A stretch of 64,000 nt of DNA from an uncultured Verrucomicrobiota bacterium (GTDB taxonomy: Bacteria > Verrucomicrobiota > Kiritimatiellia > JAAZAB01): NCBI GenBank assembly GCA_964475405.1, contig CAYYWX010000003.1, forward strand, positions 4,362-68,361, read 5' to 3'. Numbering within the stretch: position 1 is the first letter of the stretch; the number at the start of each line of letters is the position of its first letter. The position numbers were made by a program, and so were the translations under genes. The notes beneath the pieces were generated by a model. It did not search any database, was not told the DNA's origin, and worked only from the letters and a program-made list of their open reading frames with translations. Positions 43,257 to 54,133 of this stretch are shown here, in pieces.

Positions 43257-43344
43257 GGAGAGGTGGCAGAGTGGACTATCGCGGCGGTCTTGAAAACCGC
43301 TGTGCCGCAAGGCACCGGGGGTTCGAATCCCTCCCTCTCCGCCA
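43257..43344 (+). tRNA. tRNA-Ser (anticodon UGA), 88 nt with a long variable arm and encoded CCA
   Basis: Manual fold: acceptor stem GGAGAGG/CCTCTCC, anticodon stem GCGGT/ACCGC with loop CTTGAAA, long variable arm TGTGCCGCAAGGCACC, T-arm GGGGG-TTCGAAT-CCCTC, then GCCA, followed by a T-run. Confidence 0.9.
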
Positions 43345-43544
43345 TTTTTTTTGTCCCCGCCGAATTCCCAAATAATGATAATGCAAAAACCTGGGTTATC
43401 CTTGTGCGCAATCTCGCAGATCCTCAGCATTAGAGTTCGACAGGGCAGTAAATGACGAGACAAATTCTAGTCTTGACGCAATTTATAAGGCAAATCTCAA
43501 ATCCGGCAAGATTGATGGATTCCCGCCTTCCAGCCTTCGTAGCC

Positions 43545-43917
43545 AAGGGCTTTACTACGGCGGAGTAGATCGCCGGTCCCGTAATATTGACATGGAGCCA
43601 AACATTATTGAATGGCTTATGATCTGCCGCCGTCAAGCCGGCTGGTTGCACCCGAGGGCCATGCCAATCGCAATCAATTTGACAGCGTGCGATCTAAAGC
43701 GGGATTCAAGAAGAATTTTTCAGACTATCTGCCGAACGCTGCGCGCCATACATGCGCGACAATGGCTCTGCAAAAATACCAGGCGGCAAACAAGGTTGCG
43801 TTGCAGTCTGGGAATGCAACAACCGGGTTGTTGTTTGATCATTACAGTGTGCTGACCACCCCGCTCCAGGCGGATCAATATTGGAATATGAAGCCAGCCA
43901 TAAGTCGGGGAAAATAG
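43545..43917 (+). pseudogene. integrase pseudogene: C-terminal ~115 codons only, frameshifted, paralogous to int and in inverted orientation
   Basis: DRRSRNIDMEPNIIEWLMICRR in one frame and LVAPEGHANRNQFDSVRSKAGFKKNFSDYLPNAARHTCATMALQKYQAANKVALQSGNATTGLLFDHY in another match the int C-terminus. A 1-nt deletion lies near 43640. Nucleotide identity is ~85% by eye. Confidence 0.8.
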
Positions 43918-44060
43918 TTCAGTTTAAGACGGCATAGGCGGCGAGAATGTTGACCTGCTGGCCATTTCGGAAATTATTTAAAAATGGGATTGCTTTATTA
44001 ACATGATTTAGATAGCTTGTTTTTGTCAGAAATACTGATACGTTATTCTGACAATAAATT

Positions 44061-44681
44061 ATGGGAAAGCATACACATTCTATTGATCGACAAGTGGTTA
44101 ACCGGATGGTGGCCGACAAGACCGGATTGGTCTTCACTCCAGCCGACTTCCTGGACTTTGGTAGTCGTGATGCTGTGGATCAAGCTCTGTCCCGCAACTG
44201 CCGCCTGGGTGTCATCCGGAAGGTTGCGCGTGGTCTGTACGACGTGCCACGCAATGACTTGGTGCTGGGCGTTCTCTCTCCTCGGCCTGATGCCGTTGCC
44301 AGGGCACTCGCACAGCGCGATGCCGTGCGATTGCAGCCCTCCGGAGCTTTTGCTGCCAATCTCCTCGGCCTTTCCGATCAGGTACCTATGCGTATGGTCT
44401 TCCTCACGGATGGCCGTGCACGGCATATCCAGGTTGGCAAGAACCAGATCGTCTTCCGAAAAGTTGCGTCGCGCCAGATGGCGGCTGCCGGTCGGATCAG
44501 TGGAGATGTGATTCAGGCTCTTCGCTGGATCGGACGCAATCACATCGACAATGATATTATCGCACGATTACGGCGGCGCCTAAAACCCGGCCAAAAGATT
44601 CAACTGCTCAAGGATCTCCGCTTTGCCCCATCCTGGGTTGCCGGCATCATGAGTCGTGTTGCGCAAAAGGAGGGCGCTTGA
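44061..44681 (+). CDS. abiEi: AbiEi-type antitoxin / transcriptional regulator (type IV TA)
   Basis: The N-terminal winged-helix pattern FTPADFLDFGSRDAVDQALSRNCRLGVIRKVARGLYDV is typical of the AbiEi N-terminal domain. It sits directly upstream of the AbiEii-like gene with a 3-nt gap. Confidence 0.7.
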   Translation: MGKHTHSIDRQVVNRMVADKTGLVFTPADFLDFGSRDAVDQALSRNCRLGVIRKVARGLYDVPRNDLVLGVLSPRPDAVARALAQRDAVRLQPSGAFAANLLGLSDQVPMRMVFLTDGRARHIQVGKNQIVFRKVASRQMAAAGRISGDVIQALRWIGRNHIDNDIIARLRRRLKPGQKIQLLKDLRFAPSWVAGIMSRVAQKEGA

Positions 44682-44684
44682 CGG

Positions 44685-45761
44685 ATGGATGCGTTTCTTC
44701 AACTTCCCGACGAACAACGCCGTAATGCGTTTGCCGAGACCGAAACACGGCTCGGGCTGAACAGGACCAGTGTGGAGAAGGACCTGTGGATTTGCTGGAC
44801 ACTCCGCAAACTTTTCCAACTGCCGGACATTGGCGCTCGTCTATTTTTCAAGGGCGGTACATCCCTATCCAAAGCGTGGCGTATTATCAACCGCTTTTCC
44901 GAAGACATCGACATCGTCATTGATCGTGCTTACCTGGGATTCGGAGGAGACGCTTCGCCCGAACGGACCCACAGCAAGAAGCAACAACGTCAGCGCCTTG
45001 AGAATCTGCGGGCGGCTTGTCAGCAGGTTATTTGCGACCGTCTTCAGCTGGCATTTATTAGTCACATGGCTAAAACATTGCCGAAAGGCCATGCATGCAA
45101 ACTGACCAACGATCCGGACGATCCGGATGGCCAAACACTCCTCCTGCATTATTCATCGGTCTTTTCACCGTCAGACTACGTGCGGCCGGTGGTTAAGATC
45201 GAGATGGGTGCCCGCTCGGATACTGAACCATTCGAGACGCCGGCAATCCGGCCGTATATAGCCGAGGCTTTACCTGAGATCCGAGGTCTGGACGCCTTCC
45301 CTGTCCGTGCCGTTGCGGCCCGTCGCACCTTCTGGGAGAAGGCCATGCTTTTGCACGAGGAGACCTTCCGTCCGGCCGTCAAGCCCCGTAAGGTTAGGCT
45401 ATCTCGCCATTATTACGATCTCTGGTGCCTGATCACCAAGGGTATTGCGGACCAGGCCGTGGCCGATGACGGCCTGTTTGACCGTGTGCTTGCCCACCGC
45501 GTAGTTTTCTTTCGCTGGTCGTGGGTGGACTACTCCACGATGCGCCGCGGCTCCCTGCGCCTCGTCCCTCCTGAGGACCATTTGAAGGGCTGGGCTGCGG
45601 ATTACAAAACGATGGGTACCGAAATGTTCTTTGGCGAGGTTCCGTCATTCGAGGAGATTCTCCGCGTCGTCGGTGAGTTTGAACGGCGGTTTAATGACAC
45701 AACAGCGCGCGCGGTCAACTTGTCAGCGCCGGTCAAAAACGGACGATTTTCGCCGGTTTGA
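44685..45761 (+). CDS. abiEii: AbiEii/AbiGii-family nucleotidyltransferase toxin
   Basis: The motif FKGGTSLSKAWRIINRFSEDIDIV is characteristic of the AbiEii NTase family. Size is 358 aa. Confidence 0.8.
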   Translation: MDAFLQLPDEQRRNAFAETETRLGLNRTSVEKDLWICWTLRKLFQLPDIGARLFFKGGTSLSKAWRIINRFSEDIDIVIDRAYLGFGGDASPERTHSKKQQRQRLENLRAACQQVICDRLQLAFISHMAKTLPKGHACKLTNDPDDPDGQTLLLHYSSVFSPSDYVRPVVKIEMGARSDTEPFETPAIRPYIAEALPEIRGLDAFPVRAVAARRTFWEKAMLLHEETFRPAVKPRKVRLSRHYYDLWCLITKGIADQAVADDGLFDRVLAHRVVFFRWSWVDYSTMRRGSLRLVPPEDHLKGWAADYKTMGTEMFFGEVPSFEEILRVVGEFERRFNDTTARAVNLSAPVKNGRFSPV

Positions 45762-45899
45762 AAATGGATTAAAAACATGATTATGTTGCCGTCAAAGGCG
45801 ATAGCATTTTCACAGGTAGGGAGAACCCTTGCTGCGAAGTAAGCACGAGCCGGGTGAGCCGCTCCAAATGGGCCTTGACGCTTTTGCCGCAATCCTTTG

Positions 45900-47663
<1,764 letters not shown>

Positions 47664-47916
47664 CTGGTTATTCCTTTTAAGTTAAACGGATTTCCCCCGG
47701 GTTATTGAGCGCTAATTTAGTTTTCCGCCCTTATAAGTCAATGCCAAAAGAATACTTTGCCACGCTACTTGCGCGGGTTGGTGAATAATCAAAAAAGCGG
47801 CTTGATCGTTGAGGGATTAATTATATATTTATTACTGAAAGGTCATCAATCCGGCGTAAGCAACCTGGCAACCTTGCGGAATAAATTATTCAGCAACATC
47901 ATCAGGAGGAACTCCC

Positions 47917-50895
47917 ATGTGTAACAATTCAATTCGCGGCAGTTGGATATTTGGTTTCGCGTGGACAATCGGCGTGTTTGCGATCCTGGCGGCGCGAATT
48001 TCGGCCGCGGAGATGACCGTGACCACCCTGGCCGGGCCGGAGGAAACTCCGGGCGCGTTTGACGGGCCGGGAATTATGGCGCGCTTCAATACGCCCTTCA
48101 GCATCGCGACCGACGCTGAAGGCAACTCCTATGTCGCCGACTCATATAACCATGTCATCCGCAAGATGACCCCCGACGGCGAAGTCACAACCCTGGCCGG
48201 GCTGGCCGGAGTTTACGGCTCGGCCGACGGGCGCGGCGGTTCGGCCCGTTTTTATCTGCCGATGGGCGTGGCGGTGGATAGCGCCGGCAATGTCTATGTG
48301 GCCGACATGGGCAACAGCACGATTCGCAAGATAACTCCCGATGGGCTCGTTGTCACCTGGGCCGGCGCGGCGCTCAGCGCCGGGAGCACGGACGGGATCG
48401 GATCCGCCGCCAGGTTTTACGGGCCGTACGGAGTCACGGTTGATGGAGGTGACAACCTTTACGTGGCCGATAGCTGGAACGGCACCATCCGCAAAATCAC
48501 GCCGGAGGACACCGTCTCAACCCTGGCCGGAACGCCCGGTGGTTACGGCAGTGACGACGGCATCGGCCCGGCGGCAAAATTTAAATTCCCGGTGGATGTT
48601 TCCGTGGATAGCGCCGGCAACATCTATGTGGCCGACAGTTACAATCATAATATCCGCAAGGTGGCCCCGGACCGGGCCGTGACCACCATCGCCGGCACGG
48701 CCGGCAGCGGCGGTTACAGCAACGGTCCCGGCGCCCAGGCCAAGTTCCTTTCACCCACTGGCGTGCAGGCCGGCAATGACGGCGCGGTCTATGTGGCCGA
48801 TAGCGGCAACCACGTCATTCGTTTAATTTCGTCCGGCGGCATGGTCTCCACCTTCGCGGGCACAACGAGCGGGGACGCCGATGGATCGCTGGCCACTGCC
48901 CAATTCAATTATCCCAATGATATTGCCGGGGATCTTTCCGGCAACCTTTACGTGCTCGATTCGGGCAATCACAAGGTTCGGCGTATAACGTCCGGCGGTG
49001 TTGTTGCTTCCCTCGCCGGCCAGGCGCTTCGCACCGGGACAAACGATGGTCCGGTTGCCTCGGCGCATTTTAACGATCCTTATGGAATTGCGGTGGATAA
49101 TGCCGGGCGAGTCCATCTGGCAGATACTTTTAACTATACTCTTCGCGCCATTTCGCCGGACGGGGTTGTGACCACCCTGGCCGGATTGGCCGGCAGCTAT
49201 GGCGATGTTGACGGCACCGGGACCGTCGCGCGTTTCAACGGGTCGGGCGGGATCGCCTTTGATCCGGCGGGCAATATGTATATTGCCGACACTTGGAATA
49301 ATCACGTGCGCAAGATGACCGCTGGCCGGGTGGTCACCACCTATGCCGGAACCAATCCGCCCCCGGGCGGCGGGACTGAATTTTATTACCCCGCCGGGCT
49401 GGCGGTTGATAATGCCACAAACATTTACGTTGCCGACACTTTCCATCACAAAATACAAAAAGTTACGGCAAACATGGCCGTATCGGTCTTGGCAGGCAGT
49501 GGCGTGGTCGGCAGCCAGGACGGCACCGGCACGGTGGCGCAGTTCAATTATCCCACGGCCGTGGCGGTGGACAGCGCCGGCACGGTTTATGTCGCCGATA
49601 CATATAACAGCACGATCCGCAAAATTACTCCGGCCGGCCTGGTCTCAACCCTGGCCGGCTCGGCGCTGAGCACCGGCAGCGTGGACGGGGTGGGGAGCGC
49701 GGCCCGATTTAATAATCCCAAGGGCATCGCGGTTGACAGCGCCTTCAATGTTTATCTGGCCGACACTGTCAATTGTACCGTCCGCATGATCACGCCGGAC
49801 GGCACGGTTTCGACCATTGCCGGACTGGACGGATCGTCCGGTGTCTCCAACGGCGTCGGCGGCGCGGCCCGTTTCACGCGCCCGACCGGCATTGCCCTGG
49901 ACGGTTCCGGCAACCTCTACGTGACGGATGTTTATTCCGTGAGAAAGCTTTATCCGGCACTGGTTGCCAGCGGAACAATTGACCAGGCCGTCGCGCGCGT
50001 GGACGATTTGCGCCAATTGGGCGCGTCCGGAAGCGGCGCTGCATACGAATGGCGCCAGGTCCGGAAATCATCCGCGAGCGAGGCGGTGTTGTCATCCACA
50101 AATACCGCCCAACCGACCTTTACGCCGGATGTCGCCGATTATTATCTCTTCCGTTTGCTGATATCATCCGGGTTGGCTAAATCCATTTCGTACGTGTCGC
50201 TGCTGGCCACGCCCTGGCCGACGCCATTGACCGGCGATATTGACGGCGACCGCCTCGCCGATCTGATCGAGGTCGTTGGCTCGAGTTGGTACGTCTGGTT
50301 TTCCAGCGCGCAATACCAGGTGCGCAGCGGGCCGTTCAACATGGGCCAGTCCGGTACGCCGGTCACCGGCGATATTGACGGCGACGGATTGGCCGACCTG
50401 ATGGTTGTCGCCGGTTCGAAATGGTATGTCTGGTTTTCCACGGCAGGATACCAGGTGTGCAGCGGGCCATTTGACATGAATATATCCGGGACGCCCCTGA
50501 CCGGCGATATTGACGGCGACCGGCTCGCGGACCTGATCACGGTCATCGGCTCGGACTGGTATGTCTGGTTCTCCACCGCTCAATACCAGGTGCGTTGCGG
50601 GCCTTATGACCTGGGAGTATCCGGCACGCCGCTGACCGGCGACATTGACGGCGACCGGCTCGCGGACCTGATCAGCGTGGTGGGTTCAAATTGGTATGTC
50701 TGGTTCTCCACGGCAGGATACCAGATTCGCAGCGGGCCGTTTGACCTGGGGCTGTCCGGTGCGCCGGTAACCGGCGACATTGACGGCGACCGGCTCGCGG
50801 ACCTGATCAGTGTCGTGGGATGCAATTGGTACGTTTGGTTCTCCACCGCCCAATACCAAGTGCGCTGCGGGCCATATGCGCTGAGCGCGCCTTGA
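47917..50895 (+). CDS. secreted NHL-repeat (six-bladed propeller type, multiple copies) protein with C-terminal FG-GAP/VCBS-like repeats
   Basis: It has a signal-like N-terminus. About 16 NHL-type repeats follow (ARF..P.GVAVDSAGNVYVAD..N..IRKITPDG.V.T.AG), then five 45-aa repeats with the Ca-binding-like motif TGDIDGDRLADL. Confidence 0.8.
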   Translation: MCNNSIRGSWIFGFAWTIGVFAILAARISAAEMTVTTLAGPEETPGAFDGPGIMARFNTPFSIATDAEGNSYVADSYNHVIRKMTPDGEVTTLAGLAGVYGSADGRGGSARFYLPMGVAVDSAGNVYVADMGNSTIRKITPDGLVVTWAGAALSAGSTDGIGSAARFYGPYGVTVDGGDNLYVADSWNGTIRKITPEDTVSTLAGTPGGYGSDDGIGPAAKFKFPVDVSVDSAGNIYVADSYNHNIRKVAPDRAVTTIAGTAGSGGYSNGPGAQAKFLSPTGVQAGNDGAVYVADSGNHVIRLISSGGMVSTFAGTTSGDADGSLATAQFNYPNDIAGDLSGNLYVLDSGNHKVRRITSGGVVASLAGQALRTGTNDGPVASAHFNDPYGIAVDNAGRVHLADTFNYTLRAISPDGVVTTLAGLAGSYGDVDGTGTVARFNGSGGIAFDPAGNMYIADTWNNHVRKMTAGRVVTTYAGTNPPPGGGTEFYYPAGLAVDNATNIYVADTFHHKIQKVTANMAVSVLAGSGVVGSQDGTGTVAQFNYPTAVAVDSAGTVYVADTYNSTIRKITPAGLVSTLAGSALSTGSVDGVGSAARFNNPKGIAVDSAFNVYLADTVNCTVRMITPDGTVSTIAGLDGSSGVSNGVGGAARFTRPTGIALDGSGNLYVTDVYSVRKLYPALVASGTIDQAVARVDDLRQLGASGSGAAYEWRQVRKSSASEAVLSSTNTAQPTFTPDVADYYLFRLLISSGLAKSISYVSLLATPWPTPLTGDIDGDRLADLIEVVGSSWYVWFSSAQYQVRSGPFNMGQSGTPVTGDIDGDGLADLMVVAGSKWYVWFSTAGYQVCSGPFDMNISGTPLTGDIDGDRLADLITVIGSDWYVWFSTAQYQVRCGPYDLGVSGTPLTGDIDGDRLADLISVVGSNWYVWFSTAGYQIRSGPFDLGLSGAPVTGDIDGDRLADLISVVGCNWYVWFSTAQYQVRCGPYALSAP
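50230..50892 (+). repeat. five tandem 135-bp coding repeats (TGDIDGDRLADLI.VVGS.WYVWFS.A.YQVR.GP...SGTP), the last one truncated
   Basis: High nucleotide identity between units is visible in the sequence. The period is 45 codons. Confidence 0.8.
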
Positions 50896-50953
50896 TCTAA
50901 ACCACCCGCATCCCGACGCGCGAAGCGCGACCGGGATGCGGGCAGGACTGAGA

Positions 50954-52243
50954 TTAGAACATATACGACGTGTTGAAGAAGAGATAGAACTGGTTTTCCT
51001 TCGCGGTGGTGATCGCGCGCACGACTCTCTGCGTGTCCGGGTCAATCGTATAACCGAAATTGTCGCCCGAACCGAAGATGTAGTTGACGCCGACCGACAT
51101 CATCACCTGTTCCAGTTCACGGCCGATGCTGAAAGTGACGCCGTATTCGTTGATCTGGGCGGGAAGGTTCTCTTTTTCCAGGTCAACATCAGGGGCGGCC
51201 GAGCGGCTCGTGAAAAATCCGGCCCGGATCGGGTAAGCCTTTGCGATATAATATTCGCCGCCGAGATTGACGTCCACGACCGCCTTGTTGACATACTCGG
51301 CTGTCACCGGATCGTCAGATTCGTTCATGTCGGTATGGCCGCTCAAGCGGTTGTACGAGTTGGCCAGGTGCCAGTTGACGTCAAGTCCGAAGCCGCAGAC
51401 TTTTTCCTTTTCCCAACCGGCGCCCACCGTGAATTTCGCCGGAATGCGGTATTCGGCGTTCATGTTGTCGGCGTGGGCGATGTTATTTTCCATCGTGCCG
51501 TTATAATTATAGGACTCGTTGGCCTGGTATTCGCCGTTGCCCCAGATGCCGAACGAGGGGGACTGGAAGGCCGCGCCAAAGCGCCAGTTGTCGGTCGGGC
51601 GATATTGCACGCCGAGATTCCCGAGCATCCCGAAGGTCTTGTACTTCAGGTTTTGCGAGGCTGAATAGGAGTAAGCATCAAGATAGGTGCTCTGGAACTG
51701 GCTGACATTGCGATAGACGCCGTAGACGCCCAAGCCGACCGAGAATTCCTTTGAAAACGCATGGGCGGCCGACGGACCGACCCAGATCGTCTGGTCGTTC
51801 AAACTTGCGTTATAGAAATTTTTATCATGCGGGAAGGCGATGATTTCAGAAAGCGAATAATTGTTGGGCACAAAAGCCGCCAGGCCGATTGCCGTTTCAG
51901 GCGCGGCGAAAAAGACCATTCCCATCGCGGGCGGCAAGGTGACAAAGGACGAAGTCTCCAGGTCCTCGTCGGGATACAGGGCGCGCTCGGAACGGTATTT
52001 CTGCCAGCCGTAAAGACTGGCCGAAAGGGATATGGTCCTCTGCTTGGTATAGGCCAAGCCGGCGGGATTGTAATAGGATGCGTCCAACGCCGTGCCCAGG
52101 GCGCTTCCGGCGCCGCCCATGCCTGCCGCCCGGTCGCCGATCACATATTGCTGGTAGTTGGCTTCATTGGCCCTGACGGTTGCCGAAGAGAGCAGAAACG
52201 CCCCGGCAATGACCAAGGCGCCGACGATCCAGCCCGATTTCAT
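50954..52243 (-). CDS. outer-membrane beta-barrel protein, FadL/TodX-like
   Basis: It has a signal peptide, then GDRAAGMGGAGSALGTALDASYYNPAGLAY, the FadL-type N-terminal hatch motif. The body alternates in beta-strand fashion and the protein ends in a C-terminal Phe. The ATG at 52243 is preferred over the listed 52297. Confidence 0.6.
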   Translation of the reverse strand: MKSGWIVGALVIAGAFLLSSATVRANEANYQQYVIGDRAAGMGGAGSALGTALDASYYNPAGLAYTKQRTISLSASLYGWQKYRSERALYPDEDLETSSFVTLPPAMGMVFFAAPETAIGLAAFVPNNYSLSEIIAFPHDKNFYNASLNDQTIWVGPSAAHAFSKEFSVGLGVYGVYRNVSQFQSTYLDAYSYSASQNLKYKTFGMLGNLGVQYRPTDNWRFGAAFQSPSFGIWGNGEYQANESYNYNGTMENNIAHADNMNAEYRIPAKFTVGAGWEKEKVCGFGLDVNWHLANSYNRLSGHTDMNESDDPVTAEYVNKAVVDVNLGGEYYIAKAYPIRAGFFTSRSAAPDVDLEKENLPAQINEYGVTFSIGRELEQVMMSVGVNYIFGSGDNFGYTIDPDTQRVVRAITTAKENQFYLFFNTSYMF

Positions 52244-52457
52244 GATTTTTATGTTCACTGCTTGTTCTCCTTCATTTTGTGCGGCATTCAGCCGCATTGG
52301 CGCACCCTGACTGTTTTACAGAATGTTTTGAAACTCTATTTTATTTTTTAATTTGGTCAAGTATTTAAATAAAATATAAATATGGTTGCCCGGGGTCGTT
52401 TTTTTGGTATTCATGGTGCTGTGTTTCGTTTTTAACAATCAAAAGGATCAATGAATT

Positions 52458-53975
52458 ATGGCTTCAAAGAACGCTATCGCGCCGGCCAGGGTCGAAAATT
52501 ACCCCGAGTGGTACCAGCAGGTCATCCGCGCCGCCGACCTGGCCGAACTCTCGCCCGTGCGCGGCTGCATGGTGATCAAGCCGTGGGGCTACAGTCTCTG
52601 GGAAAATATCCAGCGCGTCCTCGACGGCATGTTCAAGGCCACCGGCCACTCCAACGCCTATTTCCCGCTTTTCATCCCGCTCAGTTTCCTGCAGAAGGAA
52701 GCCGAGCATGTCGAGGGCTTCGCGAAGGAATGCGCCGTGGTCACCCATCATCGCCTTGAGAAAGGACCGGACGGCAAGCTTGTCCCGGCCTCGCCGCTCG
52801 AGGAGCCGCTCGTCGTGCGGCCGACTTCCGAGACGATTATCGGCGCGATGTTCGCCAAGTGGGTCCAGTCCTATCGCGACCTGCCGCTCCTGATCAACCA
52901 GTGGGCCAATATTGTCCGCTGGGAAATGCGCACCCGTCTTTTCCTGCGCACGACCGAGTTCCTCTGGCAGGAGGGCCACACCGCCCATGCGACCGAGGCC
53001 GAGGCAAGGGAGGAAACCGACCGGATGCTGAAAGTCTACGCGGAATTTGCCGAGAAATACATGGCGATGCCGGTGATCATGGGCGAAAAAACCGCCGGCG
53101 AGCGTTTCCCCGGCGCGGTTTCCACATACAGCATTGAGGCCATGATGCAGGACCGCAAGGCGCTCCAGTCCGGCACGTCGCATTTCCTCGGGCAGAATTT
53201 TTCCAGGGCTTCCGGGATCAAGTTCCTGGACCAGGGCGGCAATGAAGTCCACGCCTGGACAACTTCCTGGGGCGTTTCCACGCGTTTGATCGGCGGGCTG
53301 ATCATGACCCATTCCGATGATGACGGGCTTGTCCTGCCGCCGCGCCTGGCCCCGCTGCAGGTGGTTATCCTGCCGATCATGCACAAGGAGGAAACGCGCG
53401 CCCAGGTCCTGGAATATTGCCGCCAGGTCGCCCGGGAATTGAAGGCGGTTTCATATGACGCCCGTCCGCTCGCGGTTGAGCTGGATGAAAGGGAGGGAAG
53501 GGGCGGGGAAAAGGTGTGGAATTGGATCAAGAAAGGAGTCCCGGTCAGGATTGAAATCGGGCCGCGCGACATGGCCGGCGACTCGGTCGCGCTCGCCCGG
53601 CGCGACAAGCCGCACAAGGAAATCAAGTTTATCAAGCGCGCCGAGTTGTGCGCGTCAATCGTCGGCATTCTCGATGACATCCAAAACAGCTTGTTTAACA
53701 AGGCGCGCGAATTGCGCGACGCCAATACGCGCAAAATCGATTCCCGCGACGAGTTTTATTCTTTCTTCACCCCGGCCAACAAGGATCAGCCGGAAATTCA
53801 CGGCGGATTCGCCCTGGCCCATTGGAGCGGGGATGCCGACGTTGAGGAAATTCTCAAGAAGGACCTTTCCGTCACGATCCGCTGCATTCCGTTTGATGCC
53901 CCGATGGAGGAAGGTAAATGCGTGATCAGCGGCCGCCCCAGCAAACGCCGCGTGATTTTTGCAAAAGCATATTAG
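52458..53975 (+). CDS. proS: proline--tRNA ligase (archaeal/eukaryote-like type, no editing-domain insertion)
   Basis: YPEWYQQVIRAADLAELSPVRGCMVIKPWGYSLWE, class II motifs (FRDE-like WANIVRWEMRTRLFLRTTEFLWQEGHTAH) and the C-terminal ending ...FAKAY. Confidence 0.9.
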   Translation: MASKNAIAPARVENYPEWYQQVIRAADLAELSPVRGCMVIKPWGYSLWENIQRVLDGMFKATGHSNAYFPLFIPLSFLQKEAEHVEGFAKECAVVTHHRLEKGPDGKLVPASPLEEPLVVRPTSETIIGAMFAKWVQSYRDLPLLINQWANIVRWEMRTRLFLRTTEFLWQEGHTAHATEAEAREETDRMLKVYAEFAEKYMAMPVIMGEKTAGERFPGAVSTYSIEAMMQDRKALQSGTSHFLGQNFSRASGIKFLDQGGNEVHAWTTSWGVSTRLIGGLIMTHSDDDGLVLPPRLAPLQVVILPIMHKEETRAQVLEYCRQVARELKAVSYDARPLAVELDEREGRGGEKVWNWIKKGVPVRIEIGPRDMAGDSVALARRDKPHKEIKFIKRAELCASIVGILDDIQNSLFNKARELRDANTRKIDSRDEFYSFFTPANKDQPEIHGGFALAHWSGDADVEEILKKDLSVTIRCIPFDAPMEEGKCVISGRPSKRRVIFAKAY

Positions 53976-54081
53976 TGCCTTAACCATCGGGAACAACGAA
54001 GAAAAACAAAAAAACAATGCGTCACACCGCTCGCCAGGGCGAAGCGCTCCTGCGGAGCCTGGTGACGCACTACAACTGTAG

Positions 54082-54100
54082 CGCCGCACGGTGTGCGGCG
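54082..54100 (+). terminator. 8-bp GC-rich stem / 3-nt loop hairpin about 100 nt after proS, followed by AATTT
   Basis: CGCCGCAC-GGT-GTGCGGCG. The T-tract is weak, and the hairpin sits within a structured repeat-like spacer (54018-54125). Confidence 0.3.
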
Positions 54101-54133
54101 AATTTGGGTTGCGGGTATAGCCCGCGTTAGGAC

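Larger units (their letters stand above)
32739..43344 (-). mobile_element. ~10.6-kb tRNA-Ser-associated integrative element (satellite-like; no virion genes)
   Basis: It is bounded by the perfect 39-bp direct repeat. The tyrosine integrase lies next to the intact tRNA. Excisionase-like and XRE-like genes are present. The DNA is visibly more AT-rich than the flanks (by eye), and all ORFs are co-oriented. Confidence 0.75.

Noticed and set aside
47664-47916. Possible ZTP (pfl) or folate-type riboswitch upstream of fhs
   Set aside because: I read the minus-strand leader and found neither the conserved GGGTCGTGACTGGCG...CCGCCTGGGC-type ZTP elements nor a convincing THF-like fold. Only a weak promoter-like TTGACT is present.
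54018-54125. Structured spacer after proS as a candidate small RNA gene
   Set aside because: Several hairpins are visible (TGCGTCAC...GTGACGCA, CGCCGCAC-GGT-GTGCGGCG, GCGGG-TATAG-CCCGC). There is no recognisable RNA family signature or promoter. It is kept only as a weak terminator call.
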